Source of the DNA: Vicugna vicugna
Taxonomy: Eukaryota
NCBI GenBank assembly: GCA_013265495.1
Contig: MU058387.1
Span: 558,001 to 622,000, forward strand
DNA length: 64,000 bases
Reading direction: 5' to 3'
The position numbers were made by a program, and so were the translations under genes. Below, piece by piece: positions 11,237 through 24,780 of this stretch; position 1 is the stretch's first letter; every line of letters starts with the position of its first letter. The notes below the pieces were generated by a model, which was not told the DNA's origin, made no database searches, and worked only from the letters and a program-made list of their open reading frames with translations.

Positions 11237-14200
11237 TAAACATGATGTCCAGATATTTGAAATGGTGCCGATTGGAAGCCATGGTTCCTATTTTCCGGTT
11301 ATAGGTTTTCTGCTGCTTCCTCCAGTTCCAGTTCAAGAGCAGTGCTCCCATGGCATCAGAAAAAGCCCCAGAAAAGACAAGAATGCCGCTTCAAGGTTGG
11401 ATCTTGTCCTAACGTATCAAGATTTGTTCACACGCAACTTTTAATTTTCCCAAGTGGATCAAACTAATGTTGCTAATAAACCAATCTAGGTGACAATCCG
11501 AATTTTTAAAAAAATTCTCCTTCCTTTCTCAGGGTTTCAACTTTGGTTTCTATGTTTAGGGCTTGTAGAGGCTGTCTTTTACTCTGTAGATAAATAAAAC
11601 ATTGGGGAAGTTTCTTTCAGGGTGGCAGACAAAAGGGAAGGTGAAAACGAGAATGCATTTATTTGGTATTTATGCCTCAACTGCCCCTGGACGAAACGAA
11701 GAGGCAAACAGCGTCTGCTGTCCATCCATCATTCAGTCTCCTCTTATTGCCACACCCTTCAAGGTGAAACACCTCTTCCTACTTGTACCCTCTCTCTTCC
11801 CTTTTTCCCAAACCTGTTGTCATGTAACATAAATTCAGTCAAGTCATTTGAAGAAAGGGAGCTTCTTTTAAGCCTCATGTTCTGCAATGATGCCGTGCAA
11901 GCTGTAATCAACTTTTAAAACCAACCATATTAATGGACCGCATTAGGGACTCATTAGAGAATAGTTTGTCCTATCTGGCTAAGGGATGTGTCTTACCGTA
12001 TTTCTGGGTTAAGGATTAAAAAAAGAGAACAGATTTTGAATGAGAAGAGGTTGATGTAACTCCCAGAGCATGAGATGATTGTCCTTATAATGGTAAAGGA
12101 GACCACTATATTTTCAGAGCAACGGATTTTTAAATATTGCCGACTGGCTCCATCAAAATGTGGATTCAATCTGGCAGTTTCTCTTCAGCATAAAAGCAGC
12201 CAGCCTGCTCTGTTTGTAAAGGTCAGTCTGTGTGTTTTTATATCTGTCATACATATGTAGTGCATGTTCTCAGGTTTACACTTGCCCTTTAACTCCCAGG
12301 ACAGGAAATCTGCTGCCAGGAAAGACTTGTAAAATGTTTATGACATTTAAATCATGCGCAAGATTTCTTACTCAGGAAGAGTGTGCTATAAAATTTGCAT
12401 GTGGTGTCCAACATTGAAACCCAAAGTCCTGTGTTTGGCTTTCCTCCACCTTGGTTATACCACTGTTCCATCCTCTAGACATTTGATTATCTTTGCAATT
12501 TTGTTACTGTTACCAAGCATTGCATTGGTTGGGTTACCTTTACACTCTGTTATTGACTAAGTAAATCATATGTTACTTCGGCGTCCCACCTTGTCCAAGT
12601 TGATCTTGTCATTATGATGCGTAGATGGCTTCTTAGGTACATTATGGAAGGTTTTAACTTGCCTTGCTTAGAAATGCAAACTCAGCTTCCAGAAGAAACT
12701 ATATAAAATGCCAATTGAATAAGGCCACATTGAGTGCGTGTGTAGCAGACCACATGTGCAATTCACGGGGTTCCAACTTTGGTTCCTGACTGTCGCTAGC
12801 ATTCATGAGGCATGTTTATAGTTATTTGTAACTAAACACCTGTTTAACGATATATCCACAAACACAGGTGAACACACACCAAGCCAACATACTCCTCTTA
12901 AAGATGTCTTAGAAAAGCATTTAAGCTTTAACAAATACATTCATTTTCTTTGAAGGAAGTCAATGACGTATGTACACAATTTTCAGATACAAGGAACCCT
13001 GGGAAGAAATTGCAACAGATAATTTTGGAACATAAATATGATCATGAAAAACGATTACCATCCAATGTTACAGGAGCAGAGGAGCAATGTGGAGCGGGTG
13101 ATAAATGGGGATTGGTCCTAGTTTCCTTGAGAAATTCTCCAAAATCCTTCCCTTCCAATGGTGGTTGTGACTATGATAAGGGAAGACAGATCAGGGTTAG
13201 CAGAGCGACAGGTGAAGGGTCAGGGGTCTGAGTTGGAGCCACCATAGGAGTGGCTTCTTGTGTGCTCGCATGACCAGTGCCCCCTCCCCACGTCAGCTCA
13301 GCTGGCCGAGCTCCCCACTCCTGACGGTGGACTCTGGTGATGATAGAGGACAGTGTTTCAGGTCTTTAGTGTTAACACAACTGAGCATTTTTCAAAAAAT
13401 TATTTCATCTGTAATTGGGTTGAAATGATTTCTTGCCCTTCTGAACTCCATTTGATGATTTGAAAATATTAAATACAAGCAACTAGATATCAAGCATGTG
13501 CTGTCTGTCAGGAGAACAGCAGAATGACTAGGAAGATTAAAAAAAAATAAGTCATATGGGCACAGGAGGGTTTACCCTTCAAGATCACAAACATCCAATA
13601 TGCACACATAATAAATTCCTATATGCAATACAATCACACCAGGGAAATTGTAATAAAGTGCTCAATGAATTTCCAAAGGAGTGTATGAAATAGTGCTATG
13701 AACTGAGAAGAACCTTGAGACGTAAAGCTGCCTGGGTTCACAAAGGAGGATCAAATGAAAAAGAGAAGTTTGGGGTAATTAGAAGTGTGGGGGCAGCTCA
13801 GGGTCTAGAGGCGGTCTGTGAGCGCCCAGCCTTACAAGACCTTTCCTTGTCTCTGTTGTTTCCTCTGCCTTCTGGGGAGTACACTAGTGGCTACTTCTTA
13901 GAACTTAATGAGTTAATAGACACATAAAAAGTTCAGCAGTGCTTGCTACCTAACGCCTGATACAATACCTTGCTACCTGGACTCAGAAACATTGGCCTTT
14001 CTTTTGTCATCGTAATTCTGGTTTTATGAAAACTTATGAGCAAAAGATGCACTAGGTACTGAGGCAGGAACAAAGTTCAAGATATTCTGGAAATCAGTAA
14101 ATGCTTCACTGGGGTTGAAAGGTTGGCAAGAAAAGATAAAGCAGTCACTTTCAACCGGAAGTTGGGGGAATCGGGTACACTTTAGACAGAATTTGTCAAA

Positions 14201-15053
14201 TTCTCACACCTGTCTCTTTTTCCTCCCTCTCACCCCCTGCTTACTTAGATGTAACCCACTGCACATCTGCTTGAGAATAGCCACTCTGCTGTTACTGATG
14301 GGAGAAGAGTATTAATGTGTTCCTCATAAACATCAGGAAAGGGTAAAGATTTGAGAAAAATTCACACTTTCAGAAAATACTTGGTGAGCACCAGGGATGG
14401 ACCTGGCATTGTGCACCACCGTTGGCATAAAGGGAGGATTACATTCATAAAAGAAGACAAATTTCATTTTCCGAACACAATTATCTAATCAGTGAAAGGG
14501 GACGTGTTTCAATTTTACAGTTTACTCCAAGCCAGCACAGGGTCTGGCATATAAAAACACCAAGAAAAAAAAAAAATTAGTTCCTCCCTGGATTGGTCAG
14601 TCCCTTCGTTTGAATTCCAAGCACATATAAAGATCAAGTTGAGTAGGTCGCCCCAAATTCCCTAAGGTCGCAGAGGATTAAGGAGGGCTTGATCTACAAG
14701 CTCTTAATTGAGCACCAGGAGTCCGACTGGCATTTAGGCATTTCTCCTTTTGTGAATGTAACAGGGACAGTGTTTGGGGAGACGTAGAACTGGGTACCGG
14801 TCTTTGCACACCGATCTTTGCAAAAATAAAAGGCAAGAGACGTGTTTCCTTAGCTCCACCAGCACCTCTGCATGTATAATGTGCCAGAACCTTCACAGAC
14901 TGGCAGGGAATGCAACGTAAGGTGACAGTCACGTTGGGTGGTCCGCCCTGTGCAAGTGGATTTGCACAGAAAGATCTAAGTCAGAGACTTGGCTGTTCAA
15001 AAGTAGCCTGCATGTGTGTTTTCCCGGAATGTGAGTCTCAGGATGTTTCTACA

Positions 15054-15267
15054 CTAGGGTTTCTCAACCTCTGCACTCTTGATGGTTTGGGCCAGAAAAT
15101 TCTCTGTTGCGGAGGCGGTCCCGTGCATGGCGGGATGATGCGCAGCATTCCAGGCTCTACTCACTGGATGTCAGTAGGACCCACTCAGTTGTGACAACAA
15201 AAATGCCTTTATAGACGTCACGACCTGCCGCCTGGGAAACCACCCACCCCCTCCCTCTGAGAACCAC
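15054..15267 (+). mobile_element. MER20 (hAT-Charlie)
   Basis: 'gtttctcaacctctgcactcttgatggtttgggccagaaaattctctgttg...cagttgtgacaac...tgagaaccac'. Confidence 0.9.
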
Positions 15268-18200
15268 GTCTCTCAGTTGATGAGCTGTAAACATCCGTAC
15301 GTCAATGACCTGGTGACAGGGGCTGAGCCGAAATCAGTTGCTTTAGGAGAAGATATAGAGGAGAAGCAGACAATGGCATTGTGGACATCAAGTGTGTCAA
15401 TATGAAGGATGTGTGTGTGGAGAGAGAGTTTAGAATTGGGAGCAGGCAATTGGATGCACCAGGAAAGTCATGGGGGTGAGCAGTGTTGGTATGTTTCTCC
15501 CCAAGGAAGTTAGAATCTAAATTCTCTGGATGCTGGTGGAATTGAAGTTTTGGTTGGATCCAACCAATTTGGTGGTTGATTCAGAAAACAAGGTACACAA
15601 GAGACACCGATCTCTGGGTGGGCAACCCCTCACTTCCCCTCTAACTAAGCTTCACCTGCACTTCACCTGATGCCCTCTGCTTTGTGCAGCTCCATTTACT
15701 TAACGACCCGAGGTGCAATGGGCACTTGCCAGGAGGCTGCGAAAATATGAACTAAGTCAGTCGGATTGCCTCTGTGTGGAGTGCAGACCGGAAGGAAAAA
15801 CTGATTTTGATGACTAGAAACTGACAGTGTGGAGCCGACAGGTTGCTGAGTCAAATGAAAGGCCAAGTTCCAAAGCGAAAATTCTATGGTGGGATCCACA
15901 GATCCGGCCTTCCCCAGCTTTCTCAAGCCCAGTTGTCTAGCCTCTCCTAGGAGGCACCTGCCTGTGGTCTAATAATAACCTTTGTGGCTTGTGGTAAGTT
16001 GAGTATGTCCCTGTTTTTTGCAGATAGATATGCCTATTTTAAAGACTAGCGTTTTACCAACCTGATGGAAAAATCTGGGTAAAATATTTGGAACCAAAGT
16101 CAAACTTTTTATATATTTACTTTCACTGATGTCAGTATGAGCATGAAGGTGTTACTCACTGTTATATTACCTTCATTATTTTATAAACTGTCAGCGTTGA
16201 TGTTAAAAAGATGAGTGTGGCATATATCTGTCAAAGGCACTTATTCGGTGGTGGCTATAAAGTATATGCATGGCATTAATTTTTGTATGTGTGCTGCCTT
16301 GGTAAATTGAGTTAGAAATAAATGCTAAGTTACGTGAGTACACTGCAGTGAAACGTTATTGCAAAGAACTGCGTTTATTTCACGTGAAATAGACCTCCAG
16401 CCTGACTTAACCAATTAAATTAGTCATGCAAATAGAAGGTAGAAACGGCCTTTCATAGGATTGTCAATATCCAAAGCTAGTGGCTTGGCGGGACATCTGT
16501 GACCACATTGTTTGTTATGCCAAATACCCTGAAGTTTCTTGCATTCTGGTTTCCCTGAACGTGTTTCACCGTCTGGAAGCTAAAAACGTCCCCTTCCACG
16601 GGCACGGGAGTGCTAGTGTATTCTTCTGGTGGAGATGCAAATTGGAAATGTTCTCTAATTGCCTGGAATAGGCTGGGTTTCAGGAGAATCTTTGCGCATC
16701 CCACGTGGGTTCTGTTTTCTCTTCTCAGGCAAAATGTGCAGCAACCGCAGATTTGTCAGAATTGTTGTTCAGCATCCAGAGATGTGACTCACCCTCTGGG
16801 ATGAGGCAGACAGTCCTTCAGAAAAATGGATGTGGTCAGATTATCACTAGTGTTTTGTATTTGAAAAACAACCAAAATTCTGCAATGAAAATCAATCATA
16901 AAACTTCACATGCCAAAACCCAAATAAAATTAAATACAAAATCCAAGGGGAAGCCCAATGCTTTCCTAGGCTTAAAGATTGCAAACTGCCTATGTTTGCC
17001 TCTTCTGAAAATAAATGAATTGATTAGGACAGATGAGCATACTTGTATGATTTGGAAATGGGATTATTGCGAAATGCACTTTTAAAAAGGGCTAGTCAAT
17101 GCCTTTTGTAATGAGAACTGTGGAAATTGTTTCACTAATTAGAAGAGTCAAGAAAATATCCCATAATTCTTGTACAATTTTTCTATTTAAGCTAACAATA
17201 AACGTTATTAAAAAAGAAGACTAATATGACAGCAATGTTATATACTGCCTTATATTTTGATGACACAGCTGAATATTACTTTTGATTGGTGAAGAAATAA
17301 ACAAAGATAAAAGAAACCACACGTACCATTTATGATTAAGTCCTTTCTTGATATTTCTGTGTAGGTTGTCATAGGTGGGAAAAGATGATTTTAAACACTA
17401 AACATTCATAATATGAAACAGAAATCCCTAAAGCGGATTGTATACACCCCAAGGGACATGTTAGTTAATCACAGAATTTGAGTAATTAAGTATTCAGGTT
17501 TTATTTGTATTTATTTGACCACAGTCTTTTAGCATTCTTAATTCCTATTTTCATATACATTATAATATGTATCACCTATTCAAACACGAATATTTGTATA
17601 GCTTTTACAATAAATACACATCTGTGTATTAAAGATGTATTCCTGAAGAGGAGGGTAGTTAGAAATATTAACAACTACTGAAATTGTTTTACCCTTTTCT
17701 AGTTCATACTCAATAACCTTTATTTCTATGTAACCACCTCGCCATTTGCTTTAGGAGAAATTTGTCAACATTTTAAGGAGAATGCTGCTTTTGCAGAGTG
17801 AGGGTGTTTTTGTTTTGTTTTGTTTTGTTTTCAAATGTTCAAATGCCTAAGTTGACCTTGTCCTCTGTCCCCTAGCAGTTGAGAGCCAGCGGGTCCTCTC
17901 ATTCCCATTCATGGCTTCAGACAGCACTGTGTTTTTCATTCAGATGTCACGTCATCTTTCAAATGAGATTCCTTAGTTTTCCGTGGCTGTTCCCTCTATT
18001 TTGCTTAATAGTCATATTCTACAAACTACGAATGGTTTTTATTTTCTTCTATGCTTGCTATAGTTTTAGAAGAAAGATACCAACTCCTCCAATAAATCTT
18101 CACTTAAATTCCATCTTTTCTCTTCAGAGCCAAAATATTCAAGTGGTCTATAGAATAGCTGTTTTCCAGAGCACTCAACGATGAGTCCTTGTGCACAGCT

Positions 18201-18742
18201 GAGGTTTATACAGTCAGGCTAACCATTCAGGTGTGGAGACTCTTATTTTATTGTTTTGTTGACAGAATTTTCTTTCACCTAAGTGCTATGTCTTTATCCT
18301 GTAAGCATGGTACTGGTTTTCTACTGAGAGTGACTTGCCTCTAACAGTCATAACTATTTGTTGAGGTTATTGTTTTTCTCATGATAAATCTAGTAAATGC
18401 TGAATTGGTCCAGCTAAGCAGGCTCCTTGAGATCACAAAGAGAAACATACGTGAATGATACGCGTTGATGGGTCTTTCCTAGGAGGACATATATCAGCTA
18501 TCTTCCCCATCAGCTCATCCAATCATATACATGGAATATGATCAATGGTCCATTCCAGAGCTGTGCAATGACAGACTTTAGAGAGCGTATTTCCCAACTT
18601 AATGGGCCACAGCAGCTTTGGCCCTTTTAAATCAAGCAGAGTTGAATAATCTCCCTCCTCTCATTATTAACCATGGCAATTTATTTCCAGAGGAGTAGAC
18701 CGGCTTGGGTGTTTATGACACCATTTGATCTGTTTAGAGCGC

Positions 18743-19118
18743 TGTTACGGACTGAATGATGTTTTCCCAATATTCATACATTGAAGTCCTCAGAATGTAA
18801 CTGTATTTGGACATAGGGTCTTTAAAGAGGTAATTAAGGTTAAAAGAGGTCATTGGGATAGGTCCTAATCCCGTGTGACTGGTGTCCTTATTAGGAGAGG
18901 ATGCAGACACGTAGAAAGGAAAGACCTTTTGAAGACAAAGAAGGGAAGTACTTTTCTGCAAGCCAAGGGCTCTGAGACTCCTCAGACTGAAACCAACCCT
19001 GCTGGCACCTTGCTCTTGGATTTCTAGTGTCCAGAACTGTGAGAAAATCAATCTCTGTTGCTTAAGATATCTAGTCAGTCTGTGATATTTTGCTGTGGTA
19101 AACCTAGCGGATGAATGT
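18743..19118 (+). mobile_element. MaLR solo LTR, MLT1B-like
   Basis: 'tgttacggactgaatg...gtatttggacatagggtctttaaagaggtaattaaggttaaa...gactggtgtccttatt...ccagaactgtgagaaaat'. Confidence 0.88.
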
Positions 19119-20049
19119 AAGTACCTTTGTTGAACAGAGTTTGAACCACCAGCAACTTCAGGTAGTGTAAATTATTTTGCTGCAAAAGGAATAAGAAAAT
19201 TAGCAATAAGCTTTTGCCCAGAAATAACAGCTATTAATACTTTAATAAATTTCCCTCTGGTCATTTAACAATACATTTTAGTATGTTTTGTTATTAAATA
19301 TTCTTAGCAAAAAGTATAATTAAGGCTATAAATAATCCATCCATAAATGTATTTAAAGGAAATCCTAGTATTGGATATTTAAGTCAAATTTTATTTATAT
19401 GTTTATTATGTTACTATTAAAACTTTAGCTCCAAAACACGATTTATCATACAAATCCTTACCCAAGTCCTTTATATACTTAGAATAGAGTCCAAAGCAGA
19501 AATTTGCTGGGAAAAAGAATATGAAATAATATTATACAGGTGAACAACTTTACTTTTGCTTTCTGAAAGACTCGTACCAATTTCTGCTCACAGCAGCACC
19601 TACGATAATACCCGCCATGATCACAGATATATTAAATGTTACAAATTTTCTTAAAATGCATTGAAGAGTGAAGACCAATATCTTACTTTATTTATGACAA
19701 GATTAAGTAACTTTACGTTTTCAGTTATTAAAATGTTGTCCTTTCCGGGTCATCTTTTCTCTCATCAGTTTTCCAATTATACTTTTAACACTTTTTCCCA
19801 TAAATATTTCTGTCATTTGGAAGTGCCTCTAGTTGTGTCTTCTTTCCAATAATATTTTTTACTTCTAGTTGGATTTTAGTGACTAGAACTTTCACAACAA
19901 TATTGAAAATAATCTTGATAGCAGTCACCCTTGTTTTACTCTTTACTATTTTGTTAATGACTCTAGGTTAGAATCTTATAAGTTTCTGTTGATGAATCAG
20001 AGATTTAGTGGAAATTAGAAAGTGGATCACAATCTAAATTTAGTAGTTC

Positions 20050-20230
20050 ATAAATAACTCTTGCTAAGTTTTTGAGATAATTGTAGATTCAAATTAAGTT
20101 GTAAAAAATAATACAGAAAGATGTCTCATACCTTCCACCACATTTCTCTCAATGGTAATATCTTGTATACAGCAGCACAATATCACCACCAAGAAATCAA
20201 CATTGATACTGATCTAGACCACCAACCTCA
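20050..20230 (-). mobile_element. Old L1 (L1MC/L1MD-type) 3' UTR fragment
   Basis: 'ttttgagataattgtagattc...gttgtaaaaaataatacagaaagat...caatggtaatatcttg'. Confidence 0.7.
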
Positions 20231-21709
20231 TTTGGCTAACTAGGAAAAAAAAAAAAGAATACTATAGAACAGAATAAAAAGTAACACAATTCATTGCACA
20301 CAGCAAAGATACATCTTGCTTCTGAAACTTGTGCATGTTTTATCTGTGATTAAGTTCCTACACGGCATTTCCCCCTTAATAATGATGCTACTTATTAGCT
20401 CAATAGAAACACGTTGTATCATATTGAGGAATTACAGAGAAATAAGGACTGAATTAAAATTCAATGGGTTTATAGACAGATATTTAGATATGATTAACTG
20501 ATCAGGTATGTTAAAGAAATCAAAGTTTAAAAACAACTGTCTTAAAAAAGCCATTAGTTATTAAATTGCTGTCAACCACAAGCAAGTTGCTGGTAACCTA
20601 CCATAGAAATCTGGTCTTCTCAACATTTCTATTAGTGAGTTTCATGAAGATTTAAACAGGATGATATCATATATCATCTAAATCTTAACAGGAAGGAGCC
20701 AAATTAATAAATGTAATACAGTGTAAAAAATATAACTATGCAAAATTAGAGTCTTAAATTTTATTTGGAAATTAACTAAACATAGGCACATGGCTATGAA
20801 AGTAATGGGACTGAAACCCATTCATTCCTCTCAAAAAAAAAATCATGGGTTTTATTAACTAAGAGTTTCATATTTCCATATGAGTTTAATCTCCAGATCT
20901 AATCTCCAGAGAAGAAATGTGATCAGAGTTGTCTAAGGTCTAGAATTCAAATAATCTAAGTAGCAGTTGTAGGAGACTTATTTGTTTTGCTAGAATAAGG
21001 GAATTAAATAGAAGGTGAGATTTTATATTTAAAAAAGGGATTTGTGAAAATGGACAAATCCTGGAAAGTAAATTTAGGAACAGAGAGGGAAACTAAGGGG
21101 AACTTTGATGAGAGAGTTCTTTGCTTGCAGACAGTATAGACGGTCTCTGGTTGACTTAAGAAAACAGGACAGATTGGAAAGCTATCAGGCGTCACAAAAA
21201 CTGAACTGGAGGTTACAGACTTGGTCTTAGCAAAAAGCTGCATGAAAGGAAATCCGGGGGCCAGCAGCCATAAACTGTAGGAACCATCTGATTAGCATAC
21301 CAGCACTAGACTGACGCTAAAACCCTCAATTATTTGCCTTATTATCTCATCCTTGTTTCACCCTTCTCAAGATTAAAAGTACTGAGACCGAGAATCCTAT
21401 GGTGACATCACATGCTTGTCCCCTGGGCTGGGAAAGGAAACTTCTGCAGACCCTGAAACGGGAGTGAAGAGAAATTAGCCTAAGTTGGCACCAAGACTGC
21501 AGACAGTGGGAGAGAAAAATTATTCTATGTTATTATTCTCTGTTAGAAAAAGATAATAAACATCAGGTGGTCAGAGAAACAACAGATGCCCACCTCCAAG
21601 TGAAGAAATGCCCTACGGTTAGGAATGTCCCAAAGTAGAAGGACCTGCCGAGAATGTAGTCAATGGTCATTCAGGCTTTTGTCAAAGGTATTTAGTTCAA
21701 CTGAACACG

Positions 21710-21711
<2 letters not shown>

Positions 21712-21762
<51 letters not shown>
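21712..21762. repeat. (GT)n microsatellite, about 25 units
   Basis: Uninterrupted GT dinucleotide run. Confidence 0.99.
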
Positions 21763-21763
<1 letters not shown>

Positions 21764-24656
21764 ATACTCTTGATAAGCCTTAACTTATAGGATATACATT
21801 ATGGCCTCTTGGAGTGGAAGACAACCCAATGAATGAATGACCTCTGGGACTAGTTCTAAATCAAGCTTTTATGAGTAATAGAGGACAGCAATTAAGCATC
21901 CAATTTGCATAATGGTTATTCCATTTTCTCTTGATAACGTATTGGAACATAATTTGTCATTTGAGGGTATGTTTTCAGAATCATGTTTTTTGAGGAGTTC
22001 AAAGACACTGCATGAAAGAGAAAGTAAGGAACCAGACTAATTACCTTGGAAGCCACTTAAAGGATTTCTTTGTGCTTGTGAGTATCAAAACTACAATGCA
22101 AACACTGGCTGTACAACCACATTGGTATCTCCAGCTCTCTAGGGGTTATTAAAAAAATTCTCAATTTATAAAAATAAAAATTTGCTTAAATAACTACTGG
22201 TCAGACTATCTAAGGGAAACATGTTACAACTTCAGGGAAGTGACTTAAAACAGCCATATGATCTTCACTTTCTCTTTCCTACATTGGAAGAAATCAATAT
22301 ATTCACAGTACAGGTTTTCAGACCATGTTTACTGCTTTCCATGTATTTTCAACTGCATCTGAAAGACAAACTTAAGGAAGACGAGACCTCATCGTTCCTT
22401 TTTATGAGCTGGATGCTTGTGGATTTTGAGATGTGCCATTTGGTATAAATAAAGCGAGGAGAAAATGGTGTCTAGAGAAGATTACATTATGCATACACTT
22501 TCTATGACCATTAGCTACTCAGAGAGATTGTATTAATAGAGATCTATCATAAATAAATATGTGTGTGTCCTTTCAATCCAGATATAAAGTCCAAAGCATA
22601 ACTTAGTCTTAGTTTCTGATTTAATAAGGCTAGTGGTTAGATTTTTTTTAGAAAATTGAAGTGAATAATTCCACTTTGAGTAATGCATCATGAGCACTTT
22701 GTAATCAATTCTAAAAGACTAGCCCAAGGCACCTACAGTGGACACGCTTTTAATACTACAGATGGCAAAACAGCCTGTAGGAACCCGTCTGGTGGGCATT
22801 CTGTGAAAGCCGTTTCCGTCGAGATGAATCCAACGTGATGTGCTGGACAACTATGCACGGTGGGTTTCTGTGAAAATTGCTCACATTTTATCTCTTGTTT
22901 GCTCTCTTTGCAGATAATTTTGTAGATTAAGTCAAAAATGTGCCTCTTTCTAACCCAAGGGGAATGATTAAGGGTAACCTGCATTTAAGATGAAATTCCA
23001 CTAGGACCCAAAGGGCTCAAATCAGTAACTTGCTTAACAGAATCTAGCCAGTTTCTAGTTAATCTAGTGAGAGACTTTTAAAAAATATTAGTTCTGAATA
23101 TAAAAAATGTGTCTTACTTTGATTAACTCTTGTGCATAAGGCTCTTGAAGCTATTTGACAAATGATGGCTTAACATCATTAGATCAATTTGATATTTAAG
23201 ATGCATGCTGGCAGTACTCCTTGTCTAAAATCTAGATACTTCTCTTTAATGGCTATTCATTGTATTCATTCTTATGAACTCAAAACCAAACCAACACCAC
23301 GAGATAGGCTAATATACATAGGCTTGAAATATTGTAAGTGGTCCAAGCTCAAGAATTATGATTCTCTTTTGGACACTGTAATTCTCTAACTTCAGTGACT
23401 CTATAGGATTGGAGGAACTGTGAGTGAATTGTGTGAGAATCCAAGCTGCACTCAGGAGTCACCCTGGATTCAAAATAGAATCCCAGCTCTCATCTCTTTG
23501 AGACTTAGAAGGGAGACAGGAGAATAAGTATTGTATCTGATCTGCCTCTGAGTCTAGAGTTCCTACCTTCCTAGCAGTGTTTGGCACTCGACCCTTGCTA
23601 CAAGTATGATGGATCCTAGAACTGAAGTTACTCTCAATTAAAGAGATGCATTTCGATTCTAAGGTATATTCTCTCATGAAAGAGCCAATTCAGAGAAGTA
23701 TGCAAAACCTGAAGGTATTTCCTTGTGGCTGTGATGCACTTATAAATGGAAAATAGTTTAAAAATAGGGAATACGGCCAGACTTAAAAGTGCTTCTGATT
23801 CTGCCCAAGTAAACAGCCAGCAAGACCACACATGCTTTTCTTTCTTTATTGCAGGACTCAGCTTTTGTGTCTGTTAATCAGGTGCGGAAAAATTTCATTA
23901 AACCCATGGATGTTTATTTTTAAATAATAATTAGAAAAAGTCTTATCTTTTAGCCAAATTGAAAGTCCAACAGAAATATTAGATCATGTAAACCTGGTTA
24001 AATTGTAGTATTTTTTTAAACTCTCCTATTTTGAATTAATAGTTTTTTTCTTAAACCAGTAAAATACTTTATAGTATAGTTCATAGAGCCTGATGTTATG
24101 ATTATGGTAACTTTTACTAAATTAAGTAACGTTAACCTTAGAATGCCCGCTTTTTCTATTTGGCACTAGAATTGTGACCAATTGTGTCACTGACGTAAGT
24201 AGATATACTGATATAATTCTTTTCCCTCATGGAATTTTCACGAGTCCTCAAGACAGATAACATCGTAGGCACAAAATTTTTGATATAGAGTAGTATTATT
24301 TTTATTTTGAATTATAGTGTTTTACAGGATAATTAAGTGTTTTCCCTGAGTTAAAACTCCAGAAAATTCATTGAGATTTCTTTGGCTTCTAGAACACCTG
24401 TCAGGTTGCTTTAGGGGACCACCATATTTACCTAATTTTGATACCCCACAAGCAATTCAGGAAAAATAGTCAATCACTATACAGTGTCTTTTCAACAATA
24501 AAACAATTATTGCTTTTCCAGGAGAAACTTAAATACAGGGAAAGTACTTCATACTTTATGAAGTAAATGAAGTGTTTAAACCTGTGGTTTTTCTTGCCTG
24601 ACTTGGAGGAAACTGAGGGTTAAATGGATGCTCCTGTTTATCTGAGAAGTAAGACT

Positions 24657-24780
24657 GCCATGGTTTTCAACCCTGCCTGAGCATTCAAATCTCCCAGGCG
24701 AGCTTTTAAAGTACAAGCATGCCTGGGATCCAGCCCAAATCTCAGGAGACAGATCTCTGATGACCAGCCAGGGTTGAGAA
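24657..24780. mobile_element. MER5-family hAT fragment
   Basis: Inverted ends 'ggttttcaaccctg' and 'cagggttgagaa' with a MER5-like interior. Confidence 0.7.

Noticed and set aside
9079..11351. Cluster of transposase-like ORFs as an active or domesticated gene
   Set aside because: These are fragments of a decayed Tigger1 with multiple stops and frameshifts.
12639..12654. 16-mer acattatggaaggttt repeated at about 46325
   Set aside because: About one such match is expected by chance in an AT-rich window of this size, and the flanks do not align.
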